This document shows positions 52,615 through 64,000 of a DNA stretch of 64,000 nt, piece after piece. A program made the position numbers and the translations under genes. The first letter of the stretch is position 1. Every line of letters starts with the position of its first letter. The stretch lies in the NCBI GenBank assembly GCA_000708835.1, contig DF237019.1:62001-126000 (forward strand). Reading direction: 5' to 3'. The notes under the pieces were generated by a model that searched no databases, was not told the DNA's origin, and saw only the letters and a program-made list of their open reading frames with translations. The DNA is from Klebsormidium nitens (taxonomy: Eukaryota > Plantae > Klebsormidiophyceae).

Positions 52615-54640
52615 CTGCAGAACATGTAGGTATATTGCGTTCACACAAGGCGATCACAATTTGGATTCGCATGAGCCGCCTTCTTTGTACCACCAAAAAG
52701 TTAGATCAGATACTAAGGAACACCGTTTTAGAGAAATGGAAGGTATTCTGAGCAGGCAATAAAGTTAAAAGCTGTTTGATGATGAATATGATCTGTCGAA
52801 ACAGCCTGCCATTGTATTGGGAAGGGCGGCAAAAGATGTGGGTTTGTTTCGGCACATACCTTACAAGCGAAACGATAACAAGCATCTGAGAGCAAAGGTT
52901 CACAATGGAGTCCTGAAAATCTAGTGCCCAACTTTGAGCAGAAACTTTCTTGCTACCTATATACATCACATCGCATGTCAACAAACTTGAGAAACCAAAT
53001 GTTGCTCAAAAGAACGACATTCAGAAATCTCCCTTGGAAAGGAGAGGTCACAAACTATGCACATTGGAAATCAGAAATAAAGAGTGTGTATTATCATTGC
53101 ACGGGAAAGGGCAAAGCTTCAAAGGGCAATTGTGTTTAGTCATGACATTTGCTTGGAGATCGAAAAATGTTATTTGAGTTGTATTAGAAAAAACTTATCA
53201 CATCAGAGGAAGAGTAAACCCCAACAAGGACCTGACTACTCTAGCGTGACTGGATCTTAACTCTTGTCCTGCAAACCTGCAGGTGTAAAGGCATGCCTTA
53301 TGAAGCACTTGGTAATCCTCTTGTGCGAGAGGAAACAGAGGGGAGCTAGACTTTGATCACTAACTGAAGATTTGTCAAAGAAGGGTGAGAATTTTTGACT
53401 GGGCCGCAAACCTACCTTGACCAGCAAGGAAGTCTGTGCCTGTAGGAATCTCCCTTTCTTTTGAATAATCCAGAAAGCGTTGAGCATGACGCAGATTCTG
53501 ACCTCCGTTGACTTTGACCTCCGTTCCGCTTTCTTCAGAGAAAGTGAAGCACAGCAATCTGTCTTTATGTCAATAGAACGGTCCAGTGACTAACTTCGTT
53601 TCACAACTTTTCCTCCTTGAGCAGGTAATCCAAACACCCTGGCTGCAAAGAAACCATCTCAAATGCTGCAGACTCCAGAGCACAGAGCTGAACAGTGAAA
53701 GAAGCGCTTCCGAAGTTCCAGAAACCAGCAAATGCTCAGCTGAAACTCGCCAGCCTGAATTTGGGAGATCTCTTGATCGAGTTCAAAGTTGTGCACGGCT
53801 TGTCGCTAGATTTGGCGACCTCGCAGACTGGAAGGACTGCAAACAGACCGTATCCTTCAGCCCACTGTGGTCGCCCGCGTTGGCGAACGCTCCGAATAAC
53901 ACGGTGTGCACATGCAGCAACCCGTTTATGACGTCAACACCCCATCATGAGGATTCGGTCCCGTGCAATGATGGCAGTGGACACTCATCTTGTTGACTCG
54001 GAGCCCGGGCCCCGCATGCGTTAGATAGGGATGGCCATGGAGCGACGTGCAGGTACAATGGCCTTTTTATTGCAGAATTCGCACGCGGACATTATTTTAC
54101 AACAATCACAACCTGTAGAACACTGACTGTCTAAGAGCGGCCAACAGGCTCCAAGGCTCTACATCTCAAAACATCCTACCGTCAACATAAAAGACAATGA
54201 TGCTACAGCATGGCGGCCGCTCCTAAGAGCTGTGCTCGTGCCAATCTTGTTAGTCGCGTTCATTTGTCAAAACGAAGCCTCGTTGGTTGGCGTCCTTGTG
54301 AGTACTGTACTAAAGCAGTGGATTCTTAAGTTAGCAGGCACCTCGCACACAAGGGGCTTAAATTGTGGATGCAACTTTGAGGACTTGGAATCCCATAATT
54401 TTTTTTGCAGTAGCTATCATTAGCGCGCGAACAAGCAACATTGATCCAACGGCAGGAGCGCTAGCCCCTCGCTTCGAAGTATTCGATAACCATGCGGTCA
54501 TAAACAGATCCTTTCATGTAGCAGGGGACCCGTATTATTTGTATAGCATTTTGTTGCACAATCAACTTCAACGCGTGCACCCGAAAGCTACACAGCAACG
54601 ATCGACAGGTGCTCAATTTCGAAGTTAACCAATCTGACAC

Positions 54641-57600
54641 TCAGAGTGAGTCCCCATCACCATCGGCCCTGTCCCTCGGTATCCGAGTAGCAGGGTCGAT
54701 CCGTTCGTAACCCGCCCCCAAACTCTCCCGCTCCGTGTGGGTAAGGAACGTCAGCATCTCTTCCCGCCGGCTCTTTGAGTATTCCGCTTCCAGCTCCTTG
54801 CTGGCCTCCAGCATGCGCCGCTGCTTTGCGTGGCGCCACGCCCCCTTTCTCGGCTCGTCTTCCGCTCTCCTGAATCTGCCGGAATCCTCGAAACCCGCGG
54901 ATTCCGCCCCCTTTCTTCTTGTGGGCTGCACGTTTGCAGGACCCCTGCGATATCCGGTGTCCCCTCGAGACACCGATACTCGCCCAACCCGTTCGAAGTC
55001 CTCCAGCCTATTCGAACCAAACGATCCGCTTGCCCGAGCACTCTCTAAACCCCCAAACCCTCCCATCTCGCGCTCTACCCTTTGCCCTCGCCCTACTTCG
55101 ACTGTCTGAACCCCTTCCGGATTTCCCGGCCGTACTGCCCTTCCGTTACGGTCGCCCACCTGGCTGACATCAGCCTCCTCCAGCAGGTCCAACTGCAGAT
55201 CCCGCTCCGTCGCTGTTTTCGACGACGATGGGAATAGGTCCCCGACGGCGGCGGCGAGCGAGGCAAAATTCGGGCCGGAGAGCTGACGCTCGCAGGTTCT
55301 CAGCTGCAGGGAAGCATGGAGCTTCGCGTCAATAGGCACTTTGAGGCAGATTGAAGTGCACTAGAGGTGGACAACAAAAAGCAGTTCTGTTGCTCGGGAA
55401 GCGATTTCCGAACACCCGGACAGGCCCCGTGGTCGAACCCAAGTTTGCAAATGCAAACAGTGACTCTTTGGAAATGTCAGCAGCCCAAGTGATCTTAACC
55501 CAACTTGGTTGCCGTAAACGCCCACCTGCGTCTTCCAGAACCGCGCCGTCGACTGGTCGGCCTCGTACCCACGGTCCCGCATCTCGGCAGCCAGCGCGAT
55601 GACGTCATCCACCACGTGGCTGACTTCACCGCTCGAGAGGAGGCCCGACATGAGGCAGTGGTACGCGGGGTAGTCGGGCGTCAGGCCCTCGCGCTTCAAG
55701 TGGGCGAACACGGAGAGGGCGCGCTCCGGCTGGCCCGCTTGACACCAGCCTGCAGAAACGGGTGGGTGGTGTCAATCTTGGCTGGGCTTCGATTAGTATG
55801 CGCGCTTGACACTCTTCCAAAAGAGTGTCAAACCGTGAGCCGCCGGGGCATGCGACGCAATCTGCCCAGTCCACTCGAGCTTACTGGTTGGACAAAACTT
55901 GTGGTTGGAGATTGTGGGCTAACGCCAATATGCTTTCACGACCCCCGCGCGGGTATCAGAAGCAAGATCGACGGTTTGAAGCAACACCAAAGAGCAGAGG
56001 TACCGTTGATTGAGTACGTGACAGTCGATTCGTGAGTTCAGACGGGCGAACAAAGTTCACATCCTCGCACCAGCTGTTCTGGCATTAACCAGATTAGCGT
56101 TTAGCGCCGTTCTTTCACAACCTTAAGTCCGGCCCGGCCAGGGCGGGTTCCAAGATCCAGGTTTAGAAATGGTGTTTCCGAGTTCAAGGTTCCGGGCGTT
56201 GGGTCTCATCTTTTGGGTTTGGTGTTTCAGGGTTCAGATAGCAGGTTACAAGTTCCGGGTTGTCGGAATGCCAAAAGTCTCAACTTAATGTCAATACAAC
56301 AAAGAACAGCGGGTCAGCAACGTTCTTATGTTGGAAGGTTCCGGAACCGAAGACAAGCCGCTTTTGAATGTAGTCATAGAGCCTAATCGTAGATCTCCGC
56401 TTCTTCGACTCCACAGGAGCACAGACCAACGGCTGCTAAACAGGCTCGACGAGAGAACCGTCGGTCTTGAGATTACGCTCAGCAATCAAAAGGAATGCGA
56501 ATAGTCGGAAGAGCAGTACGAAAGGCCAGCCTTCAATAACGAAGCTTCAGGGTCTTCGTCGCCCGTAGTTGCTCGACTGAGTGGTCCACTTTGAGTGCCG
56601 CAGTCTTCTTCAACGGTTTTCGTCAGAATAAGGGAACGTTAGACAACGAGGATAAGAGGATAGAAAGATAAGAGAATAAGAAAGTTAAGGGATAAGTATA
56701 CAGTAAGGAGCAGGAGCACGGGCGGCTTACCTTCGATAAGAACGCTGTATATCTCGAGCGTCGGCTTGAGCCCAAGACGTTCCATCTCGTCCAGAACTGT
56801 TAGGGCCTTGTTCATGTCGGATGCCTGCGGTGCCACATCAGCGCAGTCAGCACGTCAGCACGGTTGGTCCGGTGCCAGATCAGCAGTCTGGATGTGCAGG
56901 CGGAACGCACGCTTTTGAAATGGCTGAGGGGCAAGCGGCGAAGCTGCCACCATCGTCCATCTTGTCAACGTCGTTAGATTGACGGCTCCGATTCGTTCCT
57001 TCCAACTCAAGAGCGGGAGCCCACGAGCCTGGTTTTGGTTGCCAGCAGCTATAGCCGTTCAAATTGGCTTCATCAGCGTTTTGGCCATCTAGATTGTGCA
57101 CGCCTGTATGGTGCCCCCGTTCAACGGCTTTGAAACGGGTGTTGCAAAGAGGCAAGCCCGCTTCTATTTGCCACTGCAAGATGCCGAAGTGCACGCTCCA
57201 CCGCCGTTTGGGCACTTATGTTTTCGACTATGACTTTGATAAGGGTCTACTGACCGCTTATGCTTTGGAAAAGTTTCATCACAGGCTTCGAAACGTCTCC
57301 AAGCCCTGACTGCTTTCACTACTGTAACAAACCCGCGTATCCCTCTTCCCTCCACAATAGTGTAGGTAAGCTGGGGGCAACCAACTCGAATCGAATCTTT
57401 TGAAAAGAGATGTGTTTTTGCACTCAAACCGACGTCAGTTTTCAAAATACTCCCCGCTGTGGTGCAAAGGATAAGAAGCCGTGACAAAGGAACCCTGCGA
57501 AAGGAAATTCTGCCAAACGTCCATGCTTTCCTGAAAATTCCCCAAAAATTTCGTACAATGTAAGGTTACTCAATGTTTCACGTCTCGTACACTCCCTCGC

Positions 57601-60600
57601 CTTCATGTACGGATGTATAAGCAGGCAGAAGGACAGACGTATCTCACCTTCATGCACGCGTATATAAGCAGGCAGAAGGACGAGATCTTAGCACCTTCAT
57701 GCAGGCGTATATAAGCAGGCGGAAGGACAAACGTATATCACCTTCATGCACGCGTATATAAGCAGGCAGAAGGACGTCGTGTCCGGCGCCACGCCCGCCG
57801 CCTGCATCTGCTCGATGACGTCAGCGGCCTCCCAGACGTCGCCCCGCTTGGCCCACCCGTCCAGCAGCGTGTTGTACGTGATGACGTCAGCCTCGATCCC
57901 GCGCGCGCGCATCTCGCCGACGACCGCCACCGCGCTCTGCATGCGCCCGACCTTGGCGCATGCGTTGAGCAGCGTGCTGTACAGCCGCTTGTCCATCGGC
58001 AAGCCCTCCGCCTGTGGGGAAAGCTCGAGGAAGATCAGGTTCAGGGTTTCGGAGATTCAGAAGTTCGAAAATGATCAATTGCAAAATTTGGAAGATTCAG
58101 AAAATCAAAATTGAGGCCTTCAGGGGTCTCGTCCTTGAGAAAAGGGCTCCGCATGTGGCTGAGTTTGGCGGACTCGTTGATAAGCGTGCTGTCAAAGCCG
58201 CTTGTCCAGCAGCAAGCCCTTCGCCTGCGGAGCAAGTCAGCCCAGCAAACTGTGCAGGTTACTTCAGGAGCGGGGCCGCATTTGGCGAGCAGAAATCTCT
58301 TCAACAAGGAAGGACGGAACGCTTGTTGTGCTCCTGTCAAGCGCAGAATCCTGTGAGTAAAACGTCTATTGTCTGCTCGTACGGAAGAATCTTAAAATGG
58401 TGCACATGCTGGAGCCACCTTCGGCAGCTTTCGATAAATTTGGTACCTTGTGATTAATCTTGAAATAACTTCAGTGCGACCATGATGAAGTCATCTAGCA
58501 CGCTCACCTTGACTCGGTTGAACACCTCGAACGCGTTGAGCACATCGCCTATGTTGGCGTACCCGCTTATGAGCGCCACGTAGAGGCCCGTATCGGGCGC
58601 CACGTTCAGCTTCCGCATCTCGTCGATAACTCGCACTGCCTGCACGTAGTCCAGAAGCGCCGGGCAATGTCTCAATGATTCGAAACTTGAAACAGATGGA
58701 CCGTTTCCGCATCAATGGTTTAACAAGCGCTACTGCTTTTCCAATCCACGCCGCCTTCCAGACGATCTTTGCGCACCGACCCGCTCTGAGAAGAAACGGA
58801 CAGTCGCTTGAATCGGGGCTGACATCAGCAGATTTTGGAAGAGGGCAAGTGGAAAAGAAACCCCGATAATTGCACGCTTCTCTGAGAATCTCTGTCGGAG
58901 ATTCTCATCAATGGACTTTGAAATCAGTCGCCTTACGACATCCTCAACTTTGAGCGCAATCTTTCCCGGCTAGATTGATGTTGGTCATCTGGCCGGCTGA
59001 ACCTTCTGATTCAAGTCGCCTTGATCGGATGCACAGCCTTCGACGCAAAACCTCACGGCTGCGCTCACCTTGGTCATCTGGCCGGTCTTCGCAAGGGCCG
59101 AAACAACGCACGTGAAGGTGGCGACCGTCGGCAGCGTGCCAGAGGCGCGCATCGCTCGGATCTGCAGGAGGACAGCGTCGCGTTGTCAGTTTGATGACGT
59201 TGCGGAGGGGAGCCACCGACGTGCTTAGGAGCCACTGCTGACAAAGCTGTGGAGAACGATGGGACGGTGTTCACTATGGAAGGCTACTGGAGAGCAGGAC
59301 GCAAACAAAAGACGTAAGAAGGGGCGTCAAATAGAGGACCTCTTCCGAAAAACATTTAAAAGCATTGCGGCGAGCGACAGTACGCCAAATCTGTATGGCA
59401 AATTTAGACACGGAAGAAGTATCGACGTACACGTCTACTTCAGATCCTGACAAATGTCTGTATCGAGACAAGCAAGCCACGTCATCGAGCTCGAAATCCG
59501 TTTCTCCCCTGGAGTCGACCAATCAGGCCCATGCCTCTCTACCTTCTGAGACAATCTTTTGCTCTGCCCCGCCATGATCATCGACATCCAAACCGGAAAA
59601 CTTAACACAGGAGCAAACAAGGGATCCCAAAGCCGGCGAGGCCTTTCTTACCGCTTCCATCGCCTTGGGCAGGTCCCCCTGCCGCGCCCATCCATCGATC
59701 AGCGACGTATACGTATACGTATTAGGGCGCTGCCCCTCCCGCTCCATGGCACGGAGCATATCGTATGCGCGATCCATCTGCCCCGCCCGAGCGAAGCACG
59801 TGATGATTGCCGTGTAAGCGATGACGTCAGGCCGGTTCCTGCGTAATATCTCAGGATGACGTCAGCGCACTAGCTTGTGACAAAGAACGCCGTCGGCAGA
59901 GAACTAAAGCAGCCCATCTGCCCGTGTCCGGACGAAGCATGTGGTGATCCTTGTGATCGCAATGACGTCAGGTGGGTTCCTGAGGGATAAGGTTGATGAC
60001 GTCAAAGAAACGTTTGGCAACCAAGATAACGCAAGGCCCTGATAAGCGCACGTCGTACTCGCAATCTGTTTGACAAATACAAATCTGAAACAGGTGACAT
60101 CGATGAGGATGACCGCTGAAACTCTCGGGCACTGAAGAACCCAACCTAGTTAAACGCTGTACTAGCGCACAAGTCCGTCTTAGATGCAAACGTCACATTC
60201 TTAAAGCCAGAAAAATACTTATTACGAGACAAGAATTCCTCTCGATACGCGCCAGGCCCTACGATGCTGCATATGCTCAATTATCACTTTCTCAAGGCCG
60301 CTCAACGAGGGTGACTGTCTGAAACCCACAAACGTAGGTCGTTGCTTGGATCTAAAGAGCGTTCGAGGAAGGGAGATTGTCCGTACTTGAATCGCGCCAT
60401 GTTCTGAACTGCGGCATAAACTTACCCAATAATTTGAATGACGGAAGACAAAGGAAAGAAAGCCACAAACAAAGGTCGTTGCTCCAAGTCCCCATATATT
60501 GCATTAAAAAAGGATTAAAGAAGAGAAAGGGTTCCGTACTTGGAGCGCGCCATGTCCTGGAAGGCGGCATATGCCGCCTCGACGTCGCCCGCGGCCGCGT

Positions 60601-63520
60601 GCCCCGAGATGAGCATGCTGTGCGTCTGCTTGCTGTGCGCGATCCCGCGCGCGCGCATCTCCGCCACCACGCGCGCCGCGCTCGCCATTGCGGCCTTGCG
60701 CGTGTACAGCTTGATCAGGCCGCCGAACGTGATCACCGACGGCTCAAGACCCGCCGCCTGAAAATGGGGAACAAGAGATTGAAGTTATTTAGGATTCCCT
60801 AGGGTCTTGTGGTTTGGGGCTCGATCTTTTTGATGTTAAGAGAAAAAGGTGACTCACATCGCGCCTGCCATCGCGGCCTTACGCGTGTACGGCTTGATCA
60901 GGCCGCCGAACGTCATCACGAACGGCTCCAGACCTGCCGCCTGCAAATAAAATCAGTCCTCAGTGTATCCAATTTTAAACTCTGAATTTGGTTCTGAGAT
61001 GAAGCAGAATGTGCAACGCTTTTGCCATCATGCCTTGCGCATAAACAGGTTGATCAGGCCGCCGAACGTGATCACCGACAGCTCGAGGCCCGCCGCCTGA
61101 AAGAAACTACAAGATCAACTTTCCTTTGATATCCTAAGATCCTTGTTTCTTGGGTGGCAATCATTGTTCGTCGTGTGACCGAACGCGATACGTGGAACGC
61201 TAACGCTCGTGCTTGCGGCTTTGCGTCAGTGCAGCTGGATCAGGCCGCGGAAGATAATTACCGACGTTCGAGACCCTCGGCCTGAAAGTAGAGATTCTCT
61301 TTATAACCTTCTCGATTTTACTCTGATCCTTGTGCTTTGGGCCTCAACAGGGTTCTTGATTATGGTCGGGAGGGGATCTAGATCGCCCGTCTTTGTGGTT
61401 TTGGCAGGTAGAAAACGAGGCCGCCGAAAGCGATGACGGACGGTCGAGACCCGCCTAGTCCCTGCCAACGCGTTCTTCTTCGAGTGTTAAACCTAGCCTT
61501 TTGCTTTCTCTTGAGAACAGGTTAAGCAGACTTGACCCGTACACCTCGGTTGACCGGAAGGGTACCCGTGTCGTCCACTGCTAATTCACAACCTTCCCAG
61601 GGGTAAGCTTTCCAGTCAAGTCCCACTTCTCTGCGCTGTCATCGAAATTCACCTTGAGTTTCCTAAACACATGCAACGCTCCCGCCTGGTCCCCCGCTGA
61701 CGCCTGTTCTTCCTCAAACCCAACTTTTCTAGTCAAGACCCATCTTTTTGAGACATCACTCGGATCTCACCTTGACTTTTCTAAAGACGTGCAGCGCCCC
61801 CGCCTCGTCCCCCGCCGATGCGTACCCGTCTAAAATGGCGTTGTAGGCACCGAGCGGAATCCGCATCCCCTCGCCTTCCATGCTCTTGAAAAGCGCGGTC
61901 GCGGCGCGCATCTGCTTGGTCTGACTGCACATATACGAAGACGTAACTGCTTATATAAGGCTTCCCTTTCCTGATCAACATCAGTCATTTGAGCTGACGG
62001 CGGCTGCATGCGAGAAAGGGACCTAGAGCGATCTAAAAGCTGGACCCTCTAAGTCGTACGGACAGATACTTGGAAGCTTCGTACTGCTATTCTTAGCAAG
62101 AAAAGGGTCAACGCCAGATTTTAAAGCAGAGCGGCCGAGTTGATGGTAAAACTTGCAACTGCAGATCAGCCAGGCATAATCTTCGGTGAAAATGGTCGCA
62201 ACGTCGTGAAGTATCCGAGCCAAAACTCACCGCGAAGTGGAATAGCGCCTCGTAAATACTGGCAATGACGTGGGAATGATGAAAAGGGGTGTCAGCATGA
62301 CGAAGAGGGAAATCTTACATGTGTGCGTTGATTGCTGCGCTGTACACATTGGGCGGCACGCTCAGCCCCAACTTCCGAATGGTGTCAAAGACCTCCAAGA
62401 CTTGCCTGCGAGCGAAGTGAGTGTCAATCAACGACCATTTTTTGACACTAAGAAAGCCTTCTATCCTTGTCAGCTCTGTCCTAAGCCGGCTCATAGCATA
62501 TCGTCTCTAGATGCCCCCTGAATATGGCGTTATGCTAACTGACAACAACGCGAAGCAGTCAAAATGAACCACAAAGAATCGCTGCGTTTGTACGTCATGC
62601 TTCACGTGAACCTGTCTACGTTTCCATATTTCACGAACAACTTGGATTCGAAGCTGCAACATTAAGATGTTATCTGACCGGCTCCAATAATTTCCAGCTT
62701 CTCAACTTCAAGAGGACTTTCGAAAAGAAGTTGTTCAGATTCAACTAAATGCGAATTCAAGAGGACTTTCGAAAAGACGTTCTTCAGAATCAACGTAATG
62801 CGAAGGAATTCACAAGCACCGGGAAAACCGTTCAAACAAGCACCAAATCTATTGCGGTTCACGAGCACTCCCAGAACAAAGCCTCACCGGCGGTTTTTGG
62901 CTCGCGCGTAATAGAGCACGAGGAAGCTGTAGGTGACGCCATCTGGCGGCACGCCATTGGCCTCCATCTCGGCCAGGAGCGACGTGGCACTCTGGATGGC
63001 GCCGCTATTGCAGTACGCTTGAAGTAGACTGCACCCGTGAGACGATACACGTAAGAAAAGCATTGAAGCGTGTGGTTTGGATAGGCAATGCGTGCTTTCT
63101 GAAGAGCATAAGGAGACGAGCTAACTTCGCAGGCGCAATGCCTACTCCGCAGAGATTGCACATTTGAAGGTAAGAGACTTCACTGTTGGTCTGGCCGTTT
63201 GCAGACTCGGTTTCGTGAAGCGTTTAGAAACAAGCTCTATTCACGAGCTTCCCAAGAAACCCGCTAGACGGATGACGAAGACTTGGTGTTGTTTGTCGCA
63301 GAGACGCCGTTCTTGGCCCACATTTGTCCGCAGAATCTGCTACGAGCTACTGTCAATGATCAAACAGAGCTCTAAGAAAGGACTGACTTGTGGTAAGAGA
63401 GCCGGGAAGGGCGGATGCCCTTGTCGCACATATGCTCGAACGTCGCCCGCGCCTTGTGCTTCTCGGCCGCTTGCGCGTAGGCCCTGAGCAGCGATGCGTA
63501 GTCTGGCTCCGTAGGCTGCA
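54641..63520 (-). CDS. PPR4: P-class pentatricopeptide repeat protein, PPR4-like (plastid rps12 trans-splicing factor family); 5' part lies beyond the window
   Basis: Minus exons ~63516-63388, 63026-62888, ~62270-62232, ~61920-61771, 60757-60540, 59838-59652, 59161-59069, 58639-58508, 58011-57742, 56824-56731, 55749-55526, 55303-54641. GRMQSAVAV..YNTLLDGWAKRGDVWEAADVIEQM and YHCLMSGLLS..TARFW match recalled Arabidopsis PPR4 segments. Confidence 0.8.
57598..57778 (-). repeat. 47-bp donor-side echo array of a PPR4 exon (4 units)
   Basis: gtccttctgcctgcttatatacgcgtgcatgaag| followed by gtgata, gtgcta, gtgaga and gcgagg at 57741, 57694, 57647 and 57600. Confidence 0.92.
60700..61470 (-). repeat. 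Acceptor-side echo array of PPR4 exon 60757-60540 (3-4 copies)
   Basis: cag|gcggcgggtcttgagccgtcggtgatcacgttcggcggcctgatcaag copies with AG at 60941, 61097 and 61282, plus a degenerate copy at ~61450. The real AG is at 60758. Confidence 0.88.
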
Positions 63521-64000
63521 ACAGCAGGAATGGATATTCGTTAAGTCAATGTTAAGTGCTTACGCCGAGTGACAAATCATCGAGGGATGGATAGGACTCG
63601 AGAGTTAGGAAGTCTGCGAGAGTGAGGTAGACAGAGAGGTGTGGTCGTCTCATGGATGGACTCATCGCTTCTAGGTTTCGGCAGAATTGTATTGTGCATG
63701 CTAACGAACCTTCGCTCTATCGAAACACCAGAGGAGCTTCGATCGTCAACGGCTTACACTTCGCTTTTTCATCCTGGAGTCTTCTCAAAGGAAATTAGTT
63801 GATGCAAAGTTCTTCAAAGAGAAAACAACCAAGCCGTATGTAGAATAACACAGTGGACCTCCCTTCAGCTGAGATTTCTTTGTTTCTTCTCTGAAATCCT
63901 TTCGGATCAAGCTTGTTCGGAAAGGCTGGGACGAGCCTGCCGGTCCCCAGACAGCAATCAGCGCCAGAGCTTATGCTGACGTCTTTGGCTCATTTCAGTA

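Noticed and set aside
63415-63435. Apparent frameshift in a PPR4 exon
   Set aside because: On re-reading, the frame is intact (FEHMCDKGIRPSRLSYHN).
1-64000. tRNA/rRNA genes
   Set aside because: None recognised by eye; a covariance-model scan was not possible.

Overview
Eukaryotic, intron-rich nuclear DNA with GC3-rich exons and GT-AG introns. The gene set is plant-like, so it is probably a streptophyte alga such as Klebsormidium (inference). I assembled seven loci by hand: (1) a strawberry-notch/FORGETTER1-like gene (+, 677-15303) with two frameshifts and a ~970-aa disordered last exon; (2) an LRR receptor-kinase pseudogene missing most of its kinase domain; (3) a DEAD-box-like protein (-) with all catalytic motifs degenerate; (4) plastid ClpP3 (+), head-to-head with it; (5) an O-fucosyltransferase-like glycosyltransferase (+); (6) a glutamate-receptor-like channel (-) with no visible amino-terminal domain; (7) a PPR4-like gene (-) that runs off the right edge. 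The most striking unexplained structure is a set of polarised exon-junction 'echo' arrays in introns of four unrelated genes. These are serial decaying copies of branch point + AG + exon head upstream of an exon, or exon tail + GT downstream of an exon. The functional exon always sits at one end, and similarity generally falls with distance from it. Gene models and family assignments come from manual reading and recalled motifs, not from database searches.
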